From Haliotis rubra (lineage: Eukaryota): DNA of 64,000 nt. This document shows, piece by piece, positions 13,461-25,700 of the stretch (positions are counted from its first letter, which is position 1; the number at the start of each line of letters is the position of its first letter). Location: positions 1,302,001 to 1,366,000 of the forward strand of contig NW_025766026.1 in assembly GCF_003918875.1 (NCBI RefSeq). The letters are read 5' to 3'. The position numbers and the translations under genes were made by a program. Below the pieces are notes generated by a model that saw only the letters and a list, made by a program, of their open reading frames with translations, searched no databases and was not told the origin of the DNA.

Positions 13461-14285
13461 ATGTTAGCAATATTCCAGCAATATCACCTCTGGGGACACC
13501 AGAAATGGGCTTCACACATCGAACCCGGGTCTTTGGCGTGACGCGCGAACATTTTAACAATTAGTTTACCCCACCGCACCCGAGTTCTATGAGGTTCTCA
13601 TCTGACCAACTCACTGGACAAATGGGATGACGTAATTTGGTCTACATGACGTTGGCCGGTCATATTCCTTCCTACGATCATCAGATCGTTTCTGTTGTAA
13701 TCCCAGCCCTTGACGCTGTCACCGCCGTAGCTGCCATGCTCCTGGAACACTGCCGGATAGTACTACTCTTCCCGCCGTCTCAAACACATTTCTACTATCT
13801 GTAAAGTGTAAACAAAACCTTGCTTCACCAGAAAACATACTGTGCTTGGAGACGTGGGTAGAGCTACTATCCGGAAGCGTTCCAAGAGCACCATAGGTTC
13901 AATGGTGACAGCATCAGGCTGGCGAGTTACTTGTCACATTTACTTGCGTCTTAGTTGAAACGATATGGTTTTAGAGTATCGACAAGCGTTCTTAGATCTT
14001 ATTTAGTTATCAATATTATCTTCGCCTTGATAATCCACCTGTGTGATTGGCAAAACGTTGACACTGGCGGTGTAGGCAGGGTGACGTCACAAATGTCCGT
14101 TGTGTCATGTATGTATCCCTGCGCCTAGACATGTTTTGAAACAACTCGTAGTATGATAAATGGCATCTGCCACTCGTGTAGTAATCTTTATGTTTCAAAC
14201 AATGAGATATATAAGACGTTATCACTAATCTCTTGTGACATGTGATCGTGATGGGTGTATTACCTCATCAATGTTGTAGGACTAG

Positions 14286-14640
14286 ACCGCCTCCGTGGTG
14301 TAGTTAGAGCGTCCGCCCAAAGAGAGCGGAAGGTCGCGGGTTCGATCCCCGGACTCCACGTCATACCAAAAGACGTTAAAATATGGTACTTGTTGGTCCC
14401 TGCCTGGCGCTCGGCATTAATGGGTACAAGGACTGGTCGGCTCGGAATCAGTATAATGTGTCTGAGTGGGGTATTCATGTTTCACTGCGGCATGGTATCT
14501 CAGTGGGCTAGCACTATAAAACCAGCTTAAGTCTGGGCTAGTACAAGCAGCCGCACATACACATACACGCACATGCACGTCGTCATATGAGCGAAATATT
14601 CTCAAGCACGACGTTAAACCCAATTTCGCCTCACCTCACC
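14286..14640 (+). mobile_element. SINE family B (about 360 bp, tRNA head, conserved central core, (CACCT)n tail)
   Basis: Near-identical copies at 17825-18195, 19070-19427 (TSD TTCATGCAAAGAGG), 20931-21281 and 39198-39552 (TSD TTCCTTTAACAGG). A diverged copy lies at 54465-54810 and a 3' stub at 56729-56792. Confidence 0.9.
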
Positions 14641-14703
14641 TGTACATCATTATAACACGTTTGCTTCGTAAGGAGTTTTATTAAGTATAAATAGATGTGA
14701 CCA

Positions 14704-16920
14704 TCACCACAGGACCTGGATGGGTACAGTGAAGCAGATGATACGTCTGTCGAGTTGATCCACCAACTGGAACTTGGCCGTCACATTTATCTGAAAGGAA
14801 ACAACAGGCACTTGCTGAGTGTATTAAATTATTAACAGATTATATATCATTTTAATAGGTACACAAATGCATCCACCTTTGCAATAGATATAAAAATCGA
14901 CGATCTGTATCGGGTCGATCTCTTGAACCTGTGATACACTTACTTTTTACACTGCATACTTCGTAAAGGAATCTATTTAGATTGTTAGGATTTGTGTAAA
15001 GGCAGCGTTTAAATTTCCCGCCTGCCCGACCGTCCGGAACGGTCTGTTTTCATCTCGGACGGTCAAATTTCAAAAGTAGCCTGTCCGGTGGTCTGGTCGA
15101 TGGTTTTACCCCAAAGAGTATATATTTCATAATATCAGACAGGTTCTCTTGTCCTCAGTTTGAGGTGTTTAAGGTATTATAAAAATTATGTTAAACTACT
15201 TACGATTGGACAGTTCATGTTACGGTGCATTGCCTGTTGAGGCTATGTAGTTCATTGCGATGCTTACAAACAGTGATTGGAGCTTGCGCGAGTTGGAAAT
15301 GGCAGTCACAGTTTTTTATTGTTGAAAACCGGACAGGCAAGTTTGTATCCTGACTGGTTATTTTTTAAAGTTACCAGTCCGGCTGCCTGGCTTGGAATTT
15401 TGGGAGTTTTAAACACTGGTAAAGGTCATACCTTTGGAAATGCTTCCGAAACGAAGAATGTGTTATTGTAGGCAGCCGAGTCTCCGTTCTGTAAAGGACA
15501 CTTCATGTACTGACACGCATCCGGCGGAACCGGAAATGGGAACAAAGTGTTGTCAATAATTCCCCAGATGAAGGTTTTAGCTGAGGTGATCTGCCCTTCT
15601 TCAAAAGAGAATAAATGCGTTCCGTCAAATCGCAATTTCTTTCAAGATAGCATTCAGACGTTCGGTCAAATCACAATTTCTTTCGAGAAACGAAAACAGT
15701 CGAGTATGAAATAATATTACTGTATATTATATGGTGGTTCAGGAAAGTAAGTATCATGTTGAATGTTTAGACACTAGGTTGTACATTCGAGGACCTGCAT
15801 GACGTACTTGCAGTGTAGGTGACGGAGAGACTGGCATTGATGCCCCGGGGAATGGCACACCGGACGTCGCTGTTACAAGGAGTTATGTCGATGTAGTTGA
15901 TCGCACCAACAGTCGAGCCTGTAAAGAGGAAAGTGCGTGTAATTGGTCAAAGAATAATCGTAATACATATACGAGGTATATCGTCAGCTGTTACAAACTT
16001 GTCCTGAATGTTGGGGAAAGGGCGTGGTCGCCTTGGTTTGTTGGTTAGTTGGCTGATTTGTTTTTTAACGCAACACTCAGAAATACTCCAGCTATATGGC
16101 GGCGGTCTGTAAATAATCAAGTCTGGACCAGACAGTCCAGTGATCAACAGCATGAGTCTCGACCTACGCAATTGGGATACGACTTTGACGGCATACACCG
16201 TCAATCGTATAGGGAACACAGGGATGCGGGGTACCGTTAGAATGCTTCATGAACATTCTATACTGGTTGTAAGGGGCGAATTGGTGAATTGGTTGGTCCG
16301 AATTGGTGGTTTTATTGAACAAGTGTCATCGTACCCCAAGGGCGTGGATTGGTGCTCATAATGTCAATCACGGGTTTGTATGATCCAGGCTCTGTGCAGA
16401 CCGCCGTCATTTACATGGAATGTTGCCGAAACAAGATATACACGAGGAAATGGTGTGTGCCAATATTTATATAATTACTGTGTTGAATGAAAGGTTCCAG
16501 ATAATTTTTGTCGGTTGTCCATTTGCACTGAACGTCTGGGTGTTGTAAAATTGCTGCCTTATGTGAAACCGAGATATCCTCTTTGTATAACAGAGTTAAT
16601 TATAACTGTAATATAGACTTATGTATGGCGTTACCTGTATATTTGAAATTGCATATATAGAACATTTAAGGTATAGTACCGTTTACTCACTCAGCTCAAG
16701 ATTTTTTTAGTTTGTGAAGGGTTATATGTTTACATCATTTCATAAAATCCATAACCATGTCCTGATTAGAGTCACGTTGCCCGATCGTGACTCCCTCGTG
16801 GTGTTACTCCGACCATCTCGAGTGTTTACGTCACTAACCGCAGTCCTCGAACTCCGGCACGGAATCTCCCGAAGATGACACCACAGTGAGAAGCAGGATG
16901 GCCGCCGCTCGCAGAAACAT
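14704..16920 (-). CDS. NPC2/ML-domain protein, copy 3 (148 aa; exons 16920-16839, 15918-15808, 15598-15432, 14790-14704)
   Basis: MFLRAAAILLLTVVSSSGDSVPEFEDCGSTVGAINYIDITPCNSDVRCAIPRG...FPFPVPPDACQYMKCPLQNG...INVTAKFQLVDQLDRRIICFTVPIQVLW*. Exon lengths 82/111/167/87 are identical to copy 2. Confidence 0.92.
15003..15418. mobile_element. Non-autonomous TIR element (CAGYGTTTAAA ends) with 7-bp TSD
   Basis: TSD GTAAAGG. A closely similar inverted copy lies at 42561-43013. Confidence 0.85.
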
Positions 16921-18499
16921 ATTCAGAGGATGCGTCAAGTCCAGCACAACTTTACCTCGTCCACGAGGTTAATGTCAGTGAACTTACTTAACCACGGTAT
17001 CTTATCGTAATGGCGACCTTCACATGTATTTGTCAATGTGCTCACGCTGTTTCAGATAAATATATCACACGATACACTCACACATACTAGGAGACGATGA
17101 GGGTAGTGTTTCGGGATGGTCATGATCTTTGGTGCAACTATTGTCCGTCAACCTTAGTTCTGGCAACCAGTTTTTATCGATTTATTTTGCTTGAGTATGT
17201 TTTATAAAATGAAAATTAGACATGTGGTATTTGTATCCTTTGACTTAACTCAGTCATATAGTTGCCATTCCAAATTCGGGGTCGGGTGGTCAGGCTCGTT
17301 GTCATCGTATCCCAGTTTCGTAGATCGATGACTTGGTTGACACATGTCGTCGTGTCTCAGTTTCGTATCACTGTTAATGACTGGATTGTCTGGTCTAGAC
17401 TTGATTATTTACAGACCGCCCCCATACAGCTGGACTATTGCTGAGTGTGGCGTAAAACAACACAAAACAAACAACAAATCGTACAAGGTTAAAGAGTTGT
17501 TTTGTTATCGTGTACTTTCATGATTGGGATCTCATCCCGTCACGTGGGATAACAGCAGATGATTGAATGTCTGTCAACACTGACAGTACGTGTGTCAAAC
17601 ATGCTACCTGCGACCTTGGGTCACGCCTACAGTACTGACTGACTGACTGAGTTTTGGTTTTACGCCGCTTTTAGCAATATTCCAGCAACATCACGGCGGA
17701 GGACACCAGGAATGGGCTTCACACATTGTACCCATGTGAGGATTCGAACCCGGGTCTTCGGCGTGACGAGCCAACGCTTTAACCACTAAGCTACCCCACC
17801 GCCCCTCCTACATTACTGATCAGTGAGGTGAGGTGAGGTAAGATGAGGTGAATTTGGGTTTAACGTCGTGCTTGAGAATATTTCGCTCATATGACGACGT
17901 GCAAGCGTATGTATGTGTATGTGCGGCTGCTTGTACTAGCCCAGACTGAAGGTGGTTTTTTCAATGCTAGCCCACTGAGATACCATGCCGCAGTGAAGTA
18001 TGAATACCCCACTCAGACACATTTATACTGACTCCGAGCCGACCAGTCCTTGTTGTACCCATTAATGCCGAGCGCCAGGCAGGGACCAACAAGTACCATA
18101 TTTTAACGTCTTTTGGTATGAAGAGGTCGGGGATCGAACCCGCGACCTTCCGCTCTTTGGGCGGACGCTCTAACCACTACACCACGGAGGCGGTCGATCA
18201 GTGTCAGTGCATGTGAGTGTGAGTGAGGTTATTCTCAAATATCCTGTCATGGGATGTTTGAGAGATCATGCGAAATGTACTTACTTTTTTAAACGAGAAT
18301 CGAACAACCCTTTGATGGATCTTAATTTGTTAACCAAAAGAGCACTACTTTAAGAACATTGTTTCGATTGTCTCTCTTGATAAGGATGATCTGGATGACT
18401 TTGACAAACGTGTCCTTGAAGACGTTATTCGTCGATTGCACATATCAAATGAACGTATTTCATCCACAAAGATTAAAACAAATACTTAAAGATTAATAT

Positions 18500-18904
18500 G
18501 ATATCGATTTTTCAAGGTTCACGATCTGTAAACTCTTATTGAACTTTTAGTTGCAATAACAGACGCCTGAATACCAGATGTTAACACTTTGTCAGCCTGG
18601 GATATCATTCCTGAGATACCTGGCTGTCTTAGCTCTGTAAGAGTTTACAGATAGTGTCAGGGGTGGAAATAACTTTAAAATTGCCAGTGGCACATGTAAA
18701 ATCACTTGCCTGATAATTTTTCCACTATACCGGCCGTTTTCTTGTTGATTTTTTAAATAAACAACATAATTAACGTTGGAAAGTCAACTGGACACCGGTA
18801 CAGTGTGATATACAAATTTGCTTGCCCAACAGAAAAACACTGGACTCGGACGTCGGGCAATGGGTTATTTCCACCCTTGCAGTGTACCTTGAAAAATTAG
18901 TATC
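18500..18904. mobile_element. MITE with long TIRs whose right TIR is interrupted by a second MITE (18658-18879)
   Basis: The outer TIR GATATCGATTTTTCAAGGTTCACGATCTGTAAACTCTT is split on the right side. Inner TIR is CARGGGTGGAAATAAC with TSD TAGTGT/CAGTGT. Confidence 0.75.
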
Positions 18905-21900
18905 TTTGAGTATTTCCCATGTGGGGAATCGAACCCGGGTCTTCGGCATGACGAGTGAACGCTTAAACCACTAGTCTACCTCACCGTCCCTCTAGTATCG
19001 ATGACTGATGATTTCTTGATACGTAAGAGACAATACGTCTTTACTCCAAGAATCAGGAGTTCATGCAAAGAGGTGAGGTGAGGTGAAATTGGGTTTAACG
19101 TCATACTTGAGAATATTTCTCTCATATGACTACGTGCATGCGTGTGTATGTGTATGTGCGGCTGCTTGTACTAGCCCAGACTTAAGTTGGTTTTATAGTG
19201 CTAGCCCACTGAGATACCATGCCGCAGTGAAACATGAATACCCCACTCAGACACATTATACTGACTCCGAGCCGACCAGTCCTTGTTGTACCCATTAATG
19301 CCGAGCGCCAGGCAGGGACCAACAAGTACCATATTTTAACGTCTTTTGGTATGACGCGGTCGGGGATCGAACCCGCGACCTTCTGCTCTTTGGGCGGACG
19401 CTCTAACCACTACACCACGGAGGCGGTTTCATGCAAAGAGGGTATCAGTAGAAGCTATATGTGATACCAATTTTATGTAACTCGCGTTCAACGTGACATA
19501 TTGGAATTCATTTATACACCCGCGTGCTGCATTTGACCACGAATGTGTCCCTGGGAGATCTAGACACCTCGTTCAACGTGACATTGGTTAAAGCGTTCGC
19601 TCGTCTCGCCGAAGACCAGGGTTCGATTCCCCACATGGGTGCAATGTGTGAAGCCCATTTCTGGTGTCCCGCACCGTGATATTGCTGGAATATTGCTAAA
19701 AGCGATGTAAAACTTCACTCATTCACTCTCACTCACTCCTCACTCACTCACTCACTCAACATACCTATTCTGAATAGTGACTGAGTGATTATCGTAAGTG
19801 TGCACGTACCTATCCGTGCATATTGCCGGAATATTGCTTAAACTCACTCACTCAAAGTGACATTAAGAAAATGACATTTGGTTCGTAAAAATGATATGGC
19901 ACAGATTCGTGATCTGAATTGTTATCTATAGATCGTATGACCGCTGCACTTGTGATGTAAATAAATAAGACCGTCACGAAGTCGTATAGAACTTTATCAT
20001 GTACATTTCAGATGTTATTTATAGCTCATGGGCCTGAGATATATGCAGTAGGATTGAACTAGATTAACTTATCTTCCAGGGGCGGATACAGCTTTTTGAG
20101 AAAGGGGTGGAGGGTGGGGGTTTGCACACTTCATTTTCACCCGTTTTAACAAGAGTTTCAATGGTCATTTAATAAACTTTCAGGACAAAAAGGGGTGCAC
20201 CTCTGGGTCCGCCTATGTCTTTGGTGCATTTTCAGACACATGATGTATGTAAATATAAATAAATATTCCTGAAGGATTCTTTGAACGAAGTACTTCAACC
20301 CATACGCTCATTCCGTTCAGTTTATCGAATTTTCACACATCCCTTTCATCGAGGGGGGGAGTCTTCTTGCTGGTTACGGAAAGGGGCGAGTGGTGACGAA
20401 GGAGGATCACAATGGATCCGTCAGATTAATGCTACATATTGCGGCAGTTTGTAAGTGACCACACTTAACCAGACACACTGGTCAGTATCGATAACACCAC
20501 CACCACACTCAATCAACCATATCACTCATTGTAACCAACTACTACTCATTTTCAGTAGGGTGCGGTGGGGTAGCCTAGTGGTTAAAGCGTTGGCTCGTCA
20601 CGCCGAAGATCCGGGTTCGATTCCCCACATGGACACAATGTGTGAAGCCCATTTCTGGTGTCCCCCGCCGTGATATTGCTGGAATATTGCTAAAAGCGGC
20701 GTAATACTAAACTCAGTCAGTCAGTCATTTTCAGTAGATTTACAGTAGATTTACGACGATCGAAGCGCTACGAAAGCTTTGTAAAACGAGGTCAAGGTAA
20801 TGACTGCAATGAAATCAAGTTACAAAACACACTGGTGTTATATAGAAGCACACGTTGATCAGGGCCGGTGAGGTAGTCCTGTGGATGAAGTTATCGCTCG
20901 TCACGCCGAAGACCGGGATTCGATTCCTCAGTGAGGTGAGGTGAAATCGGGTTTAACGTCGTACTTGAGAATATTTCGCTCATATGACGACGTGCAAGCG
21001 TGTGTATGTGTATGTGCGGCTGCTTGTACTAGCCCAGACTTAAGCTGGTTTTATAGTTCTAGCCCACTGAGATACCATGCCGCAGTGAAGTATGAATACC
21101 CCACTCAGACACATTATACTGACTCCGAGCCGACCAGTCCTTGTTGTACCCATTAATGCCGAGCGCCAGGCATGCAGGGTACCATATTTTAACGTCTTTT
21201 GGTATGACGCGGTCGGGGATCGAACCCGCGACCTTCCACTCTCCGGGCGGACGCTCTAACCACTACACCACGGAGGCGGTCCGATTCTTCAGTAATTATG
21301 TAGGCTGGATGAACCAATTTCCATGAACATAATGATGGTATTTCCTCTTAGCAGCAACATCTTTCCCCTCATCTTACAATATATATATGGAACAAGCGAC
21401 AACGCAATACTACTATATTCATGAACGTTCATTAAGCATAACCTGAATCCAAGCTACGTGTTAAGATCCGGCCAAGTATTGATCTTCAACAACCCATTCC
21501 TGTCGTATGAGGTGGCAAACGGGATCGGGGGGTCAGTCCCGCTGACTTGGCTGACACATCTCATCGTATCCCAGCTGCGTAGATCGATGCTCATGATGTT
21601 GATCACTGAATTGTCTGGTCCAGACTCGATTATTTACCGACTGCCGTCATATAACTGGAATATTGCTGAGTGCGGCGTTAAACAATTATAACCCATGGTC
21701 CAAACAGGCCGAAATACTCTAACGAAATAGACTAACATACTGGAATGCACTTGCAAAAACACGTTTTTCAAACAATATCTCAAAAGCTATGGATCGCATG
21801 TTCACGTGCTGAGATTGTAAGTTAATTGTTACTCTTTTAATACGGGGAATTTGGTTTTAAAAGCATATACAAGAGCATGTTATGTGTTCATAGTGATCAT

Positions 21901-22022
21901 TCCAAAAAGTGGATGGTGCGTGATTGATGCTCATGTTATAGTATATTTTGTCCTTTTTAAGGTTGTTTAACAGCGTACCCAGCGGTATTCCCGCTGTGTG
22001 GACCAGACAAGCCAGAGATTTC

Positions 22023-22348
22023 CAGGGGCGGATACTGCTTTTGAGGTGGGGTGGGTGCACAGGCCCTTGTGTCTTTGCGAGGATAAAAGTTTTAAATAAA
22101 TGCATAAAATTGAGATGACCCCCGACTCGAAATGCTTCACAGTACAATACACGATGATGCATTGTACTGTGAACCATTACGAGTCGGGGGTCATCTCAAA
22201 AACAATATTTTTAAATCATCAATCCTCGCAAAGACACGAGGGCCTGTGGTTTTCACGAGAGTTTCAGTGGTCATTTTATAAACTTTCAGGACAAAAGGGT
22301 GGGGGTGGGGGTGTTGCGCATCCTTGCACCTCTCTGGATCCGCCTAAG
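22023..22348. mobile_element. G-rich MITE family (other copies 20077-20217, 31859-32033, 38177-38357); this copy contains a 185-bp foldback at 22061-22245
   Basis: Ends CAGGGGCGGATAC and GGATCCGCCTA(T/A)G. TSDs in the family are ATTTC, TAACAA and CAGAC. Confidence 0.75.
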
Positions 22349-22718
22349 ATTTCATCATGAGCATCAACCTACGGACACGCATCAACAAGGTCTACGGGTC
22401 TTACCATCCGATCGCCTCTCGTGACAAGGTGCACGTGTTATCGTTAGGTAAGACTGTTTACTCGCGTGTTAACAGTAGATAAATTCATTGCCACGTGTAG
22501 AAGATCGTCCCAACCAGTGGACCAATACACAAACTACAACCCGCTACGTAATATACGTAGTTTATCAGCGGGACGAGGATCAGATAGACTGACAGTGGTG
22601 TCGCGTCAGTGCTGAATCAATGGCTTCCTGACCGTGGACGATAAGAATCCGTATCACCGTCGCTGAATACCGGACCTCCGATCTTGTCAGTCTCGGTCTA
22701 CTACAAACACACACCGTC

Positions 22719-25700
22719 ATGAACGTTCTCCTCTGCATCGCTGTCTGTGCGACTTTGCTATTTGTGGCCCAAGCGGAGTCCATCAATTTCAAGAACTGCG
22801 GTGAGAGCATGTTTTATTCTAAGCCACAAGGTTCTCCTTCCAATACGAAATGAGGTGGATGTGTAATTTAACAGAGCGTGACAACGCTAAATAGCTATGC
22901 GAATATTTCAAGGGTGAGGTTATAATGTACTTGCACAAAGGGATTTCAACGCATCAGCTATCATAGCTCTCAAGACATAGATTTCGCTTGCTAAGAAATC
23001 GTAGCAATGTGTTGCTCAACTTTCACTATCAGACGACCCGTGAAAATCCGGGTTAGAATTGATCTTCAGTAAACCATGCTTGTCGTAAGAGACGACTAAC
23101 GGGATCGGGTGGCCAGGCTCGCTGACTTGTTTGACACATGTCATCGTATCCCAGTTGCGTAGATCGATGCTGTTGCTGTTGATCACTGGATTGTCTGGTC
23201 CAGACTCGATTATTTACAGACCTCCAGCATATAGCAGTGTATGAAATAAGGCCTGTCCGACCGCCCGAGACGGTCTAGATTTCTGACGGACGGTCTAAAT
23301 TTACACCTAGCCAGCCCGATGGTCTGGCAATTTTTTTATATGTTCCACATATCTGAGTAAATTCACCATATTTGGTCTGGTTAAATCCATTTTGGGCTGG
23401 TAACATTTTGAAGTTACCAGCCCTGATGTCTGGCTGGAATTTTGGCTTATTTCATACACTGCATATAGCTGGACTATTGCTGAGTGTGGCGTTAAACACC
23501 AAACAAACAACTCACTATCAGGGCTCCTTCCTCAAAGTGATCGCAAACTTAAGACGATCGTAACCCCCATACGTTAACATAGGTTTACGACAGTCGTAGC
23601 ACTACGATCGCTTTGAGGAACGGTGCCCAGGCATCTACTGGTCGCTAAAAATAGTCATTATTAGCAAACAAGTTAGACTTCGTTCCACATGATCATCACG
23701 ATCGTAGCGACGACAGACGTAAGTCTGTGATAAAGTTTTTGAGTTACGACCACAGTAGAGTAGAATCGCTAGTGGAACGGTCCATTCAACAAAGTGGTCG
23801 TAGAGATGATACTGAGGCCTATGCTTTATAACTCGATTAACGTAACGCTACGTTCGCTTTGTCGATCGTAGCGCCATGACGATCAATGCGGAGCAGTACA
23901 AAGCTAAAATTTCGCAGATGTCAGAACAATCGAATACCTAGTGTCTAATGCTGCGGTCCCAGTGGCGACCTCGGGAGCTCGACCGACTCGACCTCGCAAA
24001 CTACTCGACCGGTCTCGACCTGGGGGGGTATATCGACCTCACAACGACTGACTGACTGACAGAGTTTGGTTTTACGCCGCTTTTAGCAATATTCCAGCAA
24101 CATCACGGCGGGGGACACCAGAAATGGGCTTCACACATTGTGCCCATGTGGGGATTCGAACCCGGGTCTTCGGTGTGACGAACAACACAACGACTTCATA
24201 ACGACCTCATAACGACCTCGTAAGGACCTTTACGACCTTAGTTCGATTTTAGTTCGACTTCAGTCGACCTATCTCGACTAAGGTCGGCTTAGTTGAGAAG
24301 ACCTATACTCGACCAGCTAGACCTGTATATCGACCTCATTTCGAATGAATTTCGTCCTAAGTCGACCGGCCCGACCTCACCGCGACCTGTGTTCAACCGG
24401 AGCGACTGGACCCGACGGAAATTCTATGTTTCTGCCGAGTAGACCCTTGGTTCCCATATTGTATAAATTACAGGGTGCATTTTCACCAGGTACCCATTCA
24501 ATTAGAGGACTGCAAAGTAGTAACATCACCATCAGGAACCTTGACGTAAACCATGTGAGCCCCGAGAAGCGAAGACTGCTTACCCTTTGGGTGCAGATAG
24601 CCTGGCACCTGCTTGAACGGGTGGATGACCTGGAGAATGCCAACCCTCCTCCAAAGCCAAAGCCTCAGCCGTAAGCACATCAATCCTATCCTTGACGCCT
24701 TCAAAGCTGAGTATCGGTCAGATGTATCGGATCAGAGTAGATGGAATACTGTAGACCGTGCTTTCAAGGAAACGTGGCAATTTCCATATTGCCTCGGTGC
24801 GTTTGATGGCAAGCACAAACGCATCAAGAAGCCTCCAAAAAGCGGGTCCCTCTTCTACCACTACAAGAACTTCTTCTCTATCGTCTTGCTGGCACTCGCG
24901 GATGCTGACTACAAGTTCCCGTGGGTTAACGTCGGGGCCAAGGGATCAGCATCAGACGCTGATGGTCTTCAACCATTCACGAGATCGGATGGAGGGCGAT
25001 GACCTTGTATTCCCCGCATGGTGTGCCATACTTCATCATCGGAGACGATGCCTTTCCACTCCGCCCCTGGATGATGAAGTCCTTTTCCATGCGTCAGATG
25101 GAACTCGATCAGCAGATCTTCAACTGCAGGTAATCATTCTTTTCCATAAATACCTAAATCAAATTATAACTTAGTATCTTTGGGTGTATGCAATATTATA
25201 TCAAAGGTTTTGAAATTTGAATGCATTTGACTTAAAAATGTTTAATTTGTGACTTTTGCAGACTGTCTCGGGCCAGACGAGTGGTGGAGAATACTTTCGG
25301 GATTCTGGCTATGAGGTTCCAGATATTCCTCGGCTCCCTAAATAGCACTGCAGTCAGAGCTGAACAGATAACCCAGGCCTGCGTCACTTTACACAACATG
25401 CTGAGAACGAGGAACCGAAACAGTCAGATGAACCTCATAGACCGGGCAATGGGAACTGTTCACTCACCCAAGGCGAGTGGCGCTCCTGCACACAGCTGCT
25501 TGATAGGGGTAACCGGGGTGCGAAGAACGTTACCCCACTAGATGGCGCCAACCAAAGAAACTATTTGAAGGACTATTTCATGGGCCCAGGAGCTGTTCAT
25601 AGGCAAGAGAAAATGATATCCAAATGACTTTAAAGTGTACTCTATTATTTAGGACTACTTCATTTACAAAGGAACTCTTGTTTGTCTTTTATTTACACTA

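Noticed and set aside
14255-14623. Recurrent ORFs such as [16 protein letters not shown] and [17 protein letters not shown] (also at 19083, 19234, 20941, 39248, 39360)
   Set aside because: They are incidental frames within SINE family B copies.
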